This document shows, in pieces, positions 33,563 through 43,448 of a stretch of 52,500 bases of DNA (within the stretch, counting starts at the first letter, position 1; every line of letters starts with the position of its first letter). A program made the translations under genes and the position numbers. The stretch covers positions 1 through 52,500 of IMG/VR virus record IMGVR_UViG_3300025138_000057; one strand, given 5' to 3'. This DNA is from a virus (taxonomy: Duplodnaviria; Caudoviricetes). The notes below the pieces were generated by a model that saw only the letters and a list, made by a program, of their open reading frames with translations, made no database searches and was not told where the DNA came from.

Positions 33563-34714
33563 TTAACCTATATATATTGTATAAGGAACTTGTTGTAATT
33601 CCACTTGTTTAAATTCAGCTTCTTGTGCTCTTCTTTCTAGTAAAGATTTTCTAGATGTTTCATCAAGGTATGTTCTTAGTCTTTCTAGTAATGCTATTTT
33701 TTCTGTTGTTGCCGCTGCTAATAAATCTGATTGATTTAATGTTACATCAGCATTAGGGATAGGTATTGTACCATATTTTCCTCTTACATACCCCAACATT
33801 TCTTTAGCTAAAGCTAAAGTATATTCAAATATCCATTGACGTCCTACTGAATTGATTTGGGTGTAAGTAGGATTTTCGTATGGAGTATTAGATACATTAG
33901 TTACCTTGCTTGTAGTTTGTTGTATACTATTAGATATTCTTTCATCTCTTTTAATATATTCAAAAAATATACTACCATTTGATCTATCTGGGATAGGAAA
34001 TATTTTTAATTTATTATTTTTAATTTCAAAACTGTAATTTGATCTACGAATAGTATCACTCATTTCAATTTGTTGGATTATAGCTAAATCATAATTAAGT
34101 GGCATCATTAAAAAGTTAATAGCTGGACTCATTCCTCCAAATCCAAAACTTTCCATCATATTCATTTGACCCATTCCTGTTCCTACATAAGGATCATAAA
34201 ATTTAACTATTGCTGGTGGGGCTTGGTAAAAAACTTTTTTAATTTCAATTCCATAATCTCCATCTACTCCATTGTCACTAGCCCACTGTTTTAAATCGTA
34301 GTTCTGGTTGCTTGCTGTAACCGCTATAGACCCTGTATAGTATGGTACATTTCCTCCAGTACCCGCTTCAACACCGTATTGTTCCGTTAATCGGACAATA
34401 GATTCAAAATTAGGGGTTATAATAGCATTATTTAAATCGGCACTAGTAGAAGCACCTTCTAAAGATAGTTGATTATCTCTAATTTTATAAGCATATAATT
34501 CATTTCCATAAGTAGTTACTGCTTCTTCAAAGGCAGCATAAAAACTAATTTCTTGTAATTCTACATCAACTATTGGATACCCTAATCTACGGGCACAAAA
34601 AATTGCTACCTTATCTGCATCTTCTCTAAATTGAATATCTGTATCATAGAACCCAAAAGGTGTTTCTCCTATATCAAATGATGAACTACCAGGCCAAATA
34701 GGTATGTTTGCCAT
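33563..34714 (-). CDS. Neck/head-tail adaptor protein (T4 gp13-like)
   Basis: RRLGYPIVDVEL, WIFEYTLALAKEMLG.VRGKY..IP...VTLN. Confidence 0.85.
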   Translation of the reverse strand: MANIPIWPGSSSFDIGETPFGFYDTDIQFREDADKVAIFCARRLGYPIVDVELQEISFYAAFEEAVTTYGNELYAYKIRDNQLSLEGASTSADLNNAIITPNFESIVRLTEQYGVEAGTGGNVPYYTGSIAVTASNQNYDLKQWASDNGVDGDYGIEIKKVFYQAPPAIVKFYDPYVGTGMGQMNMMESFGFGGMSPAINFLMMPLNYDLAIIQQIEMSDTIRRSNYSFEIKNNKLKIFPIPDRSNGSIFFEYIKRDERISNSIQQTTSKVTNVSNTPYENPTYTQINSVGRQWIFEYTLALAKEMLGYVRGKYGTIPIPNADVTLNQSDLLAAATTEKIALLERLRTYLDETSRKSLLERRAQEAEFKQVELQQVPYTIYIG

Positions 34715-34753
34715 ATCTTATTTTTATTATAAATATGAAAAAAAACCTAATTA

Positions 34754-37700
34754 CTATTTTTTAATCACTAAATATCCGGAATTACCTGATGGAGTACTAC
34801 CTGAAATCCAAACTTGTCCTACTGCTGATGGTTCTGATGTAGGTAGGTTTGCTAGTATAACACTATTATTAGTTCCTGTAGAACCTGTAGAGAAGAAATT
34901 ATTTACAAAAGTAGTTTCTCCTGCACTAGAGGTTATTTCACAACCTAATATAAAACTATAACCATGAGTTAGTTTATTACAAATACCTCCTAAAATAGAT
35001 GAATGTCTTACTCCGGAACCTGTGATTACATTTCTTTGTCCACCTAAAATTGAATTACCTACTCTATCTGTAGCAGTATCTATTGTATTTTCTAAACCAC
35101 CACCTATACTTGATCGTGTTGAACCCTTAATAAAGTTATTACAACCACCTAAAATAGAAGAATCAGATGATATACTACCTGTATTTCTACACCCTCCTCC
35201 TATGAATATAGCTCCACTACCAGTTATACAATTAAAATTACCTCCTGCTATAGAGTGTCCATTTCCTCCTATTATACAATTTCCACCACCACCTCCGATA
35301 GAAGCATTTAAAGATCCAGTAATGTGTACACAATTTCCACCTGCTATTGTATTAGTTGTAAGGGTTACGGAATTATGACATATAGAATTGCACTTACCAC
35401 CACCTATGGTTGATGCACCTCCACCACCGTGAATTTGGTTACCACGTCCACCTCCTACAAATGAACAAGGAGAACAAACTTCATTACCTACACCTCCTAC
35501 TATAGCAGCACAGTTACAAGATACTAAATTTAAACATCCACCTCCAAGGAAACTAAAACAGTGATTTAAACAATTATCTTTTCCACTTACTATAGCTGAA
35601 CACTCACCAGAAATAGAAACTTGGTTATTACACCCACCTATAATTACACTAGTTGTACCCCCAGCATGGTTTCCTCTACCACCACCTATAAACGAATAAC
35701 TTCTTGATACACAGTTGTCATATCCGCCTACTAATGTCCCAGCAAAAGCTCCTTGTACACAGTTATCATATCCTCCTCCTATAAATGCACAGGAGGCACC
35801 ATTTAATTTGTTTTCTCTACCACCTCCAATAAAACTATTTGTACCAGTATTAAAAATAGTATTTAAACAACCACCTCCAATATAACTTAAATCCATTGAA
35901 GCAGTATTTTGATTACCTCCTCCTATAGTAGTAAAGTTTCCTGTATTTTGAAATGAACCAGTGGTTGGAATAATATTATCTGAAGTAGAACCACTAGTAT
36001 ATGGTTGGTGTAAATTACCACTGTCGGCTGATCCAGTATCAACTGTAAGGTTAAATGTATTACCATTACCTTGTGTAAAAGTTAAGACATTACCAGAAAC
36101 AGAACCTGTGGTCATAAAAGAACCTGTGTTGATAGAACCGCTTCCTCCACCTGCTACTGTTACACTTTCAGTTGTACCATCGCCTTGATGGAATGTAATT
36201 GTATTTGATACTACAGAGGATGAAATATAGAACGAACCTGTATTTAAAGTTATCCAATTAATTCCTACACCTGTTGATGAAAGTAATTGAGTAGATGTAC
36301 CTAGGTCTGCACTTGAATCTCTTAAACCACCGCTTATAAAAATATTATTTACGTGAGTTGTACAATCATAGCTTGAAGTTAAGCATGATCCTATAATATA
36401 AGCATCATCGTGAGACATACTATTATGTTGTCCCCCTAAAATTGTACTATAGCAACTAGAACCACTAATAAGACTACAAAAACTATTATAAATGGAACCA
36501 TATTTATTGCTACAATTTTGATTATGACTTCCTCCTATAATAGTCTGATGGCTTTGCTGATCCCATGTACCACCACTAAATCTATCACTTACGTTTAAAT
36601 TACAATATCCTCCTATTATATTACTTAACTTTGAACCAGAAGTACAATTATACATCCCTCCTACCATTAAATCATGGCTAGGTCGGTCTCCAACTAAATC
36701 ACTCCAATATGTACCTACCATTGTATTTCTCCATCCATTTCTGGCCTCAATCAAGTTCATAGTTCCTCCAAATACTGCATTGTCACTACCTCCTATACAA
36801 TCTAAAGTGTAACCATTTGGGTGATTTAAGCAATGGAGAAATCCACTATTTAAGTTATTTATAGTATATCCTCTTATACAGGTCCACTCTGCTCCTATTA
36901 TCCTAGCTGAATGAGAATCACATATCTTATTTAATGTCCCTCCATAAACATCTGAACCAACAGATCTATATACATCAGCTCTACTATTAAATACAGTATT
37001 GCCTATTCCACCACACATCCTTACATTTTCGCCAAAATTAATTCTATTACTTTTATTTGTAGCATTTGTAGAGTTTGAATACGTATTAGTTACATCAAAT
37101 ACCTGGGTATTTGTTGGGTATAGAGTTCTAATTTTACTTTGCACAGAATTTAAAATCATGCTTCCATCTGCATTACTACCACTACCTGGGTATGTATTGA
37201 GAGAAGAAATACAAGAATTAAAACTATTACCTATCATTACATTACCACCTGCAGTACCTTTTATTTTAGATTGTATACTATCTAATACTCTATTATAGGC
37301 ATTTGTTGAACCAGGTTCAAAACTATCATTGTTCTGTTCCGATAGTACTATACAATTACTATAACCTCTAATGCAATTTCCCCTATTATTAAACCTATGT
37401 CCTGGTGTCCATGTGCTAGGGAAATTAGTACAACCTTGTAATATAGCAGATCCCGTAAAAGTGGTGGTTTGAATTTTATTAAAATATCCCTCTATAAAGG
37501 AATTATAAGAATTGCGAAGAGTATTTCCAAATCCCATAATTGTTGAACCTACACTAGATGTTATTTTATTACTTAATGCACCATATATAGAATTTAGCCC
37601 TGTACTACCTGATGAAAATACAGTCTCTGTACCCGATATAACTAAAGGGTATTGATGATTAGGGGTGGGTTCCTGACTATTATCACCAATATAACTTCTC

Positions 37701-38263
37701 CAACTATTATGTATTTGATTACTAGCCCCAAAACCAATAATAGAATAATCTTGGCGTTGGGATATAACATTAGAAGTACCTCCACCTATAGTAGCCATGC
37801 AACTTCCTGTAATATGATTAAAACGTCCACCACCTATAAAACTACAGCTACTACCAGTTGGAATTGAAGATCGCACAGATGAGGTTATACTATTTTTACA
37901 CCCTCCTGCTATAGTAGAAAATTCACCATGAGCAATATTAGAACCCGAAATTGGTTTTATAGAGGCTTCTGGAATATCATATTGGTATGGTGCACCGGGT
38001 ACTACAACATGTCCTTCATCATTTAAACTTAATGATACTTGTTCAGATCCACTTACAAAAATTATGGAACTAGAAGATACATATAATCTATCCCAAGGTT
38101 TTTCAGCACTACCTAATTCCGAGCCTGATGCCTTAGGTAATAAACTACCAGATATAGTTAAAGAACCACTTATTTCATGTGATCCTGTTAAAAATCTAAA
38201 ATTGCCATCTGCTTCTTCTATTGTTAATGAAGAACCTTTTATATCTCTAAATGTTAATCCCAT
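34754..38263 (-). CDS. Large Cys/Gly/Ser-rich repeat fibre or adhesin-like protein (1169 aa)
   Basis: Dozens of (I/V)GGGxxN repeats, many with Cys; C-terminal LPTSEP..GQVW. Confidence 0.75.
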   Translation of the reverse strand: MGLTFRDIKGSSLTIEEADGNFRFLTGSHEISGSLTISGSLLPKASGSELGSAEKPWDRLYVSSSSIIFVSGSEQVSLSLNDEGHVVVPGAPYQYDIPEASIKPISGSNIAHGEFSTIAGGCKNSITSSVRSSIPTGSSCSFIGGGRFNHITGSCMATIGGGTSNVISQRQDYSIIGFGASNQIHNSWRSYIGDNSQEPTPNHQYPLVISGTETVFSSGSTGLNSIYGALSNKITSSVGSTIMGFGNTLRNSYNSFIEGYFNKIQTTTFTGSAILQGCTNFPSTWTPGHRFNNRGNCIRGYSNCIVLSEQNNDSFEPGSTNAYNRVLDSIQSKIKGTAGGNVMIGNSFNSCISSLNTYPGSGSNADGSMILNSVQSKIRTLYPTNTQVFDVTNTYSNSTNATNKSNRINFGENVRMCGGIGNTVFNSRADVYRSVGSDVYGGTLNKICDSHSARIIGAEWTCIRGYTINNLNSGFLHCLNHPNGYTLDCIGGSDNAVFGGTMNLIEARNGWRNTMVGTYWSDLVGDRPSHDLMVGGMYNCTSGSKLSNIIGGYCNLNVSDRFSGGTWDQQSHQTIIGGSHNQNCSNKYGSIYNSFCSLISGSSCYSTILGGQHNSMSHDDAYIIGSCLTSSYDCTTHVNNIFISGGLRDSSADLGTSTQLLSSTGVGINWITLNTGSFYISSSVVSNTITFHQGDGTTESVTVAGGGSGSINTGSFMTTGSVSGNVLTFTQGNGNTFNLTVDTGSADSGNLHQPYTSGSTSDNIIPTTGSFQNTGNFTTIGGGNQNTASMDLSYIGGGCLNTIFNTGTNSFIGGGRENKLNGASCAFIGGGYDNCVQGAFAGTLVGGYDNCVSRSYSFIGGGRGNHAGGTTSVIIGGCNNQVSISGECSAIVSGKDNCLNHCFSFLGGGCLNLVSCNCAAIVGGVGNEVCSPCSFVGGGRGNQIHGGGGASTIGGGKCNSICHNSVTLTTNTIAGGNCVHITGSLNASIGGGGGNCIIGGNGHSIAGGNFNCITGSGAIFIGGGCRNTGSISSDSSILGGCNNFIKGSTRSSIGGGLENTIDTATDRVGNSILGGQRNVITGSGVRHSSILGGICNKLTHGYSFILGCEITSSAGETTFVNNFFSTGSTGTNNSVILANLPTSEPSAVGQVWISGSTPSGNSGYLVIKK

Positions 38264-38274
38264 TGTTTATGTTT

Positions 38275-38670
38275 TTAAGTTGTTTGGAATGGTATTGATC
38301 CATTTTTAAATCCTATTTCATCAAATGATCCCGTAGTGAGTATTTGTTCACTATCAAATTGCTGTGTAACAAAAGTAAATGGATACTTACTAGTAAAATA
38401 ATATTCGCTAACAGATGAAGTAAAATCATTATTCATTGTATTAGCACCACCTGTACCATCATTAGATAATTGAATTTTTGGGGAATCAAATACTTCTTCT
38501 AAAAATATAATTGCGGATCCTGTATGGTAAAAATTTCTTGCCTCATTAGGTCCTGAATCTGATGCTGTGTATATATAATGACCAGAAGAAGTCATTTGAT
38601 TAAATATTTCTTCACTCAATCCTGAAGAGGAAGTATCTTTTGTAAATGAATCTAAGCTAAAATATGGCAT
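38275..38670 (-). CDS. Hypothetical virion protein (131 aa)
   Basis: S/T/F-rich ORF with an upstream ATATTTATA motif. Confidence 0.6.
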   Translation of the reverse strand: MPYFSLDSFTKDTSSSGLSEEIFNQMTSSGHYIYTASDSGPNEARNFYHTGSAIIFLEEVFDSPKIQLSNDGTGGANTMNNDFTSSVSEYYFTSKYPFTFVTQQFDSEQILTTGSFDEIGFKNGSIPFQTT

Positions 38671-38715
38671 ATTCCTATTGTTTTATTATAAATATTCAAA
38701 AAAATTATTTTTATC

Positions 38716-38988
38716 TTAAGATAATGATCCCGATCTCCATCCTCCTCCTACATAGGCATAGATAAAGTGATTACTTCCTGATGCAGCAAATCTAAATGTT
38801 CCTTCTGTAGCAGCCGAACCTGTAAAATCAAAAGGTAATGATGAAGTTGGGGCTACTAAAGTACCTGAAATGCTTTCAACTGTTAAAGATCCGCTTATTT
38901 CATGTGAACCCGTAAAGTGTCTAAAGTTAGCATCTACTTCATTATTAGTTAGAGCTGATCCTTTTATGTTTCTAAATGTTAATCCCAT
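38716..38988 (-). CDS. Small virion protein sharing its N-terminal module with the 1169-aa protein
   Basis: MGLTFRNIKGSALT..DANFRHFTGSHEISGSLT. Confidence 0.7.
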   Translation of the reverse strand: MGLTFRNIKGSALTNNEVDANFRHFTGSHEISGSLTVESISGTLVAPTSSLPFDFTGSAATEGTFRFAASGSNHFIYAYVGGGWRSGSLS

Positions 38989-39010
38989 TTTTTTATTTAT
39001 TAATTATTTT

Positions 39011-39496
39011 TTATGATGATCCTACAAAAATATCTAATTGTATATTAGCAGTATCTGCTTTAGCTTTTATTACATCTATAGTAGTAAATGATGAAAAATA
39101 CTGTTCATCTAAATACCCTACTTGTACATAATCCTGTGAATTATTACTATCAAAACTAGCATTAGCAAACATCATAGATTTTCCAGGATCCAATTTAAAT
39201 AATGCATTATCCAAATCAGTTTTTATTAAATAAAGAGTACAAAAATTAGTAGAATCTATATTTGTAATTCTTATATATTTTACTGCATCTCTAACAAAGG
39301 AACCTGCTGTTTGTTTTTCTTCTGAATCTACAAATCTTAAAATTTCAATCCCAGTTTCTTCAAATGTTGTGGCTATAGTATCAACTCTATGAGTAATTTG
39401 GTTAACATCCGTAATAATTTTATTATTAAAGGTATTAACTTTATTTCGATTTGGTAATGTAATAGATTCCTGGATCGAGATATTTAAATCCGCCAT
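39011..39496 (-). CDS. Hypothetical virion protein (161 aa)
   Basis: VKYIRITNID motif; beta-rich; upstream ATATTTATA motif. Confidence 0.6.
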   Translation of the reverse strand: MADLNISIQESITLPNRNKVNTFNNKIITDVNQITHRVDTIATTFEETGIEILRFVDSEEKQTAGSFVRDAVKYIRITNIDSTNFCTLYLIKTDLDNALFKLDPGKSMMFANASFDSNNSQDYVQVGYLDEQYFSSFTTIDVIKAKADTANIQLDIFVGSS

Positions 39497-39523
39497 AATT
39501 ATGTTTTATTTATAAATATTAGA

Positions 39524-40261
39524 CTAGTTCTTACTATTATAAATATATGAACCTGAAGTAGTAATACTTGCTCCCTTATCAATAGCTTCATTATAATAAT
39601 CTAATAAATCTTCAACAATTTCATTTCTATGATTAGTTACTAATGTAATTGCTTCTAAATTTTTAATTTTTCTAGCTGCTGTGTATAGGAATTTAAAACC
39701 AGAATCTGCTTTCTTTTTTAAATCAGTTTGATAGGCATCACCACATATCATCATTTTACTTCTTAAACCAATACGGGAAGTAATCATTTCCATTTGTTCA
39801 TGGGTAACATTTTGAGCTTCATCAACTATAATCATTGAATCCATAAATGTTCTACCTCTCATAAATGATACAGGTACAATTTCTATTTTACCATCATTAA
39901 CTAATTTTTCAATTTTAACTTTATCATATAAAGCAAAGAAATTTTGATAAATAGGTTGAACCCAGGGATCCATCTTTTCTCTTAAGTCACCAGGTAAAAA
40001 TCCTATTTCTTCTTTTGATACAGTAGGTCTGGTTATTATGATTTTATCATATTGTCTTCGTAATAGACCATCTAGGGCAACATTACATGCAAGTAATGTT
40101 TTTCCACTACCTGCACCCCCTCCCAAGAGGGTAATTGTATTTTCCAGGATGTGTTTTTTAGCGTCTTTTTGTTCATCATTAAGTTGAAGTTTGAACTTAA
40201 TTGGGTTTTTAGGAATTCTCTTAGGACGATAAACATCGTCCGTATGGGGTTTACTTGCCAT
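39524..40261 (-). CDS. phoH: PhoH-family ATPase
   Basis: GGAGSGKT, ITRP, GFLPGD..EK..PW, FMRGRTF, VDEAQN, TSRIG, CGD..QTD, HRN. Confidence 0.95.
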   Translation of the reverse strand: MASKPHTDDVYRPKRIPKNPIKFKLQLNDEQKDAKKHILENTITLLGGGAGSGKTLLACNVALDGLLRRQYDKIIITRPTVSKEEIGFLPGDLREKMDPWVQPIYQNFFALYDKVKIEKLVNDGKIEIVPVSFMRGRTFMDSMIIVDEAQNVTHEQMEMITSRIGLRSKMMICGDAYQTDLKKKADSGFKFLYTAARKIKNLEAITLVTNHRNEIVEDLLDYYNEAIDKGASITTSGSYIYNSKN

Positions 40262-40403
40262 AAATTCTTGAAATTAGGGATTACACGTTGATTGAATAAA
40301 ACCATTGTAAATACGTTAAAATACATTAAAATTTTAATATAGCTATATAATGAGATAAATATAGTTTTAATATAACGCATTTTATTATACATATTAAAAA
40401 CAT

Positions 40404-40429
40404 AAAAAAACCCGGCATAAAGCCGGGTT
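40404..40429 (-). terminator. Intrinsic terminator after the major capsid gene
   Basis: Minus strand AACCCGGC-TTTAT-GCCGGGTT continuing as a T-run. Confidence 0.85.
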
Positions 40430-40457
40430 AATTTATTAAGTATTAGTTAAGCTCTAA

Positions 40458-42122
40458 TTATAGAGTATCTAATCCTTTACACTTAATCAATCCATAAAAT
40501 TCTGGTCTAACCATCTTCTTAGCATATCTAGTCAAGAGACCTTTACGTGGAGTAAATGTTTCTGGATCATATACTAATGGAGTCATGATTAATGGAATAT
40601 ATGGAGCGAATACAGCACCAGCTTCTAAGAACTGAGATCCTCTAAATCCTAATAGGATTTGATTTTCTGTCATGTATGGGTTCTTATAAACTTTTTGTCT
40701 GCTATTTAAAGCACCAACTTTCTGTACACCAAATGCGTAAGTTGATTTAGCAGTATCGCCATCTGAATCAGCAGCAAATCCTGGAATGCTTTCTAGGACT
40801 GTACCAATAGTTGGAGAACATACTAAGAAATTAGCACCACCTCTAAGAGTTTTCTGGTGAATAATATTACTTAGTTTTTGGATTTTAGTTCCTAATGTTT
40901 GGAACCACTGTCCTTGGCTATTGTAGAAACCTAAGTCAGATACAACACCGTTAGAACCGTTGTCTACAACAGACTGGTTATTAACAGCTGACCATACTTC
41001 TGTTCCAGCAGCAGCTGAATCAATCAACATATCTAAGATTTCTAAGTCAATTTCTAATGAAATGTACTCACTTAAGATTGAAGTTAATTCTGCTTCAGCA
41101 TCTAGAGCATGATAAGCGTTAAGATCTTGAGCGAACTCAGGTGTCCAAACTGCTTTCAATTTTCTAGTTTTAGCAACGATAGCAGATGATTTCATCTGTA
41201 CGTTAATTTCTGGAATTTTAATAGGTGTGTTTTGGTCATTCAAAGTATTATTTTGATCTTCAAAATCACCTCTTGAACTATCAATTGGTTGTAATTGATA
41301 AGTTACATTTAATCCAGCAAGAACTGAACCTGCATATGATGCAGCTGTTTTACCTACACCAAGACCAAATTTAGATCCTGTTACAACAAAAGAAATGTTA
41401 GTACCATCATATTTAGTAAATCTAGCGTCAGCAATATTGTCATTTACAGATCCTGAATCTAGTACGAATGCTCTTACACCTTCTAAATCGGCATTATCTA
41501 AGCCAGAAGCTGGTACTTTAATTGTGATAAATTGACCATCAGCAACACTAGCTGAAACAGATGAATCATAATTAACATCTGATAATACAGTAGAGGCTGA
41601 AGTAGCACTTTCTACAGATGCAGTATTGTTAATAGAATAGCTGAAACGTCCAGCACCATAAAGTCCTCCTGAATCCGTATTACCGAATGGAGCATTTCCA
41701 CCTTCAGCACCATATAATGAATCGCCAATTGCTCTTGTTCCTTTTTTAGTTCCATATTGGAAATCTAAATAAAATACAAGGCCAGAAGGTAAATTCATTG
41801 GTTGTACTGATACAAATTCTTGAGCTGCGATCTGTCCGAATACTTTACGTACTAACGGAAGAGCTACACCAGCCCATTGTTCACCTGTATTCACAGCCGT
41901 TTGGCTAGAAAAGGAACCACCTGCCGTGCCTCCACCAGTTGAACTTTGTTCTACTACAAGTTGTTTAGCTTGGTTTTCAAGGATAATACCCATATTATTT
42001 TTATGGGAACCTCCTAAACCTTCTAACAAACCTGTTTTTTCCCACTTTTCAGATAGTCTAGCGGCATCGCTTTGTACTGAGTGATATGGGTTTGCACTTT
42101 CTAATAAAGTTTGTAAACTCAT
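40458..42122 (-). CDS. Major capsid protein (T4 gp23-like)
   Basis: LPLVRKVF, VSVQPMNLPSGLVFYLD, AKTRKLKA.WT.E.AQDL.AYHALDAEAEL, FAPYIPL, TPRKGLLTRYA. Confidence 0.97.
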   Translation of the reverse strand: MSLQTLLESANPYHSVQSDAARLSEKWEKTGLLEGLGGSHKNNMGIILENQAKQLVVEQSSTGGGTAGGSFSSQTAVNTGEQWAGVALPLVRKVFGQIAAQEFVSVQPMNLPSGLVFYLDFQYGTKKGTRAIGDSLYGAEGGNAPFGNTDSGGLYGAGRFSYSINNTASVESATSASTVLSDVNYDSSVSASVADGQFITIKVPASGLDNADLEGVRAFVLDSGSVNDNIADARFTKYDGTNISFVVTGSKFGLGVGKTAASYAGSVLAGLNVTYQLQPIDSSRGDFEDQNNTLNDQNTPIKIPEINVQMKSSAIVAKTRKLKAVWTPEFAQDLNAYHALDAEAELTSILSEYISLEIDLEILDMLIDSAAAGTEVWSAVNNQSVVDNGSNGVVSDLGFYNSQGQWFQTLGTKIQKLSNIIHQKTLRGGANFLVCSPTIGTVLESIPGFAADSDGDTAKSTYAFGVQKVGALNSRQKVYKNPYMTENQILLGFRGSQFLEAGAVFAPYIPLIMTPLVYDPETFTPRKGLLTRYAKKMVRPEFYGLIKCKGLDTL

Positions 42123-42148
42123 GTTTTTAAGTTTTTTTTAAATTAATT

Positions 42149-43327
42149 TTAGTTTTTAATAATTCCAGCTAATTTTTGCATACGCGCAAATGCAGCGTTT
42201 TCAACAATTGGCTGTTTTGCCTTTGGAACAACTCCTATAGCTTTAGAAGCACTACCTTTTACTTCATTAATTGATGGTTTTGTTATCCTAGATAAAATTC
42301 CTTCATTTAATGTTTCAAAAATTACTTTAGCTTCTTTTACAGTAGCAGCTTTATCAAAAGCTTTTAACACTTTAACTTTTTTGTCTTCCGACAAGTTCTT
42401 TGATTTAAAGATTTTATTAGTGTAAAGTAGTTTAGCATTTAAAAGATTAACTTCCTGAAGTTCTTTTTTAAGTTCTTCAACTTCGGTTAATATTTCAGAT
42501 ACTTCTTCTTCATTAATGGCGTAAGCAGCAGTTGATTTTCCTACCTTTTTAGGGTCTCTTTCACCTACAGCTTTGTTACGAGTTGGGTTGTTTTTTTCAT
42601 TAAAACTTACCTCGTCCATTTCTTCTAATTTTTCTTCTTTTTCCATCATAGGTTCTACTTCATCTTCCACTTCGATATCCATATCCATTTCTGATTCTTC
42701 ATCATCCATTTCCATTTCTTCTCCAGCTTCCAATTCACCAGCTTCTACCATGTCTTTAATTACATCTTCGATAAAGGATTTAAGATCATCTTCAGTCATA
42801 TCTTCTAAATCAATTTCTTCTTCTTCCATTTCGCCTTCGATTTCTTCTTCGGCTACTTCTTCAGATTCTTCAACTTCTTTAGAGTCCATTTCTTCAGATA
42901 CTTCTTCTTCAGATTCTTTTTCAGTTACTGCTTCTGATTCATTAACTTCTTCAGTTTCAGTTACTTCTTTTGATTCTTCAACTTCTTTATCAAGTTCTGC
43001 AAGTAATTCGTCAAGGTTGATTTCTTCTTCAACCTTTGTTTCTTCTTCAGTTACATCTACTTCCTCTTTTTTTATCTTATTATCTTTTTTAGATTTTATG
43101 GAGTCCATTTCTTCTTTTTTAATATCGTCTTCATCATACGTTTTACCGTATCCTTCGTCAATATCTTCTTCAGAATCTTCCATTTCTTCTAATTTAGCAG
43201 ATAACATAGATTTCAAATGAGGAGTAAATGCTTCTTCCAAAGCAAGTTTAGCATTTGCTATAGCTGTTTCTTTTACTGCTTTAGCATCAGCAATTGCTTC
43301 TTTGAGCAAATCTCTGTTGTTTGACAT
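42149..43327 (-). CDS. Prohead scaffold/core protein (gp22-like)
   Basis: Very Glu-rich coiled coil between protease and capsid genes; ends RMQKLAGI. Confidence 0.85.
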   Translation of the reverse strand: MSNNRDLLKEAIADAKAVKETAIANAKLALEEAFTPHLKSMLSAKLEEMEDSEEDIDEGYGKTYDEDDIKKEEMDSIKSKKDNKIKKEEVDVTEEETKVEEEINLDELLAELDKEVEESKEVTETEEVNESEAVTEKESEEEVSEEMDSKEVEESEEVAEEEIEGEMEEEEIDLEDMTEDDLKSFIEDVIKDMVEAGELEAGEEMEMDDEESEMDMDIEVEDEVEPMMEKEEKLEEMDEVSFNEKNNPTRNKAVGERDPKKVGKSTAAYAINEEEVSEILTEVEELKKELQEVNLLNAKLLYTNKIFKSKNLSEDKKVKVLKAFDKAATVKEAKVIFETLNEGILSRITKPSINEVKGSASKAIGVVPKAKQPIVENAAFARMQKLAGIIKN

Positions 43328-43329
43328 AA

Positions 43330-43431
43330 TCGCAAAATTTAAATTTGTGAAATACGGTTATTAGAAACCGTAATAGGGATTTATTTTTAATTCACGCTAT
43401 ATAAGGGATAGCGTATTACGGTTATACGTAT
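43330..43431 (-). promoter_or_regulatory. Structured 5' leader of the scaffold-capsid transcript with alternative pairings
   Basis: Perfect 10-bp inverted repeat (43366-43375/43414-43423), competing 7-bp stem (43353-43359/43366-43372) and inner ACGCTAT/ATAGCGT hairpin. Confidence 0.6.
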
Positions 43432-43448
43432 ATGAGTATTTTAGAAAA

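Noticed and set aside
35022-38309. Pro-rich plus-strand ORFs
   Set aside because: Antisense of Gly-rich repeats in the 1169-aa gene
42573-43220. Ser-rich 215-aa plus-strand ORF
   Set aside because: Antisense of Glu-rich (GAA) scaffold codons
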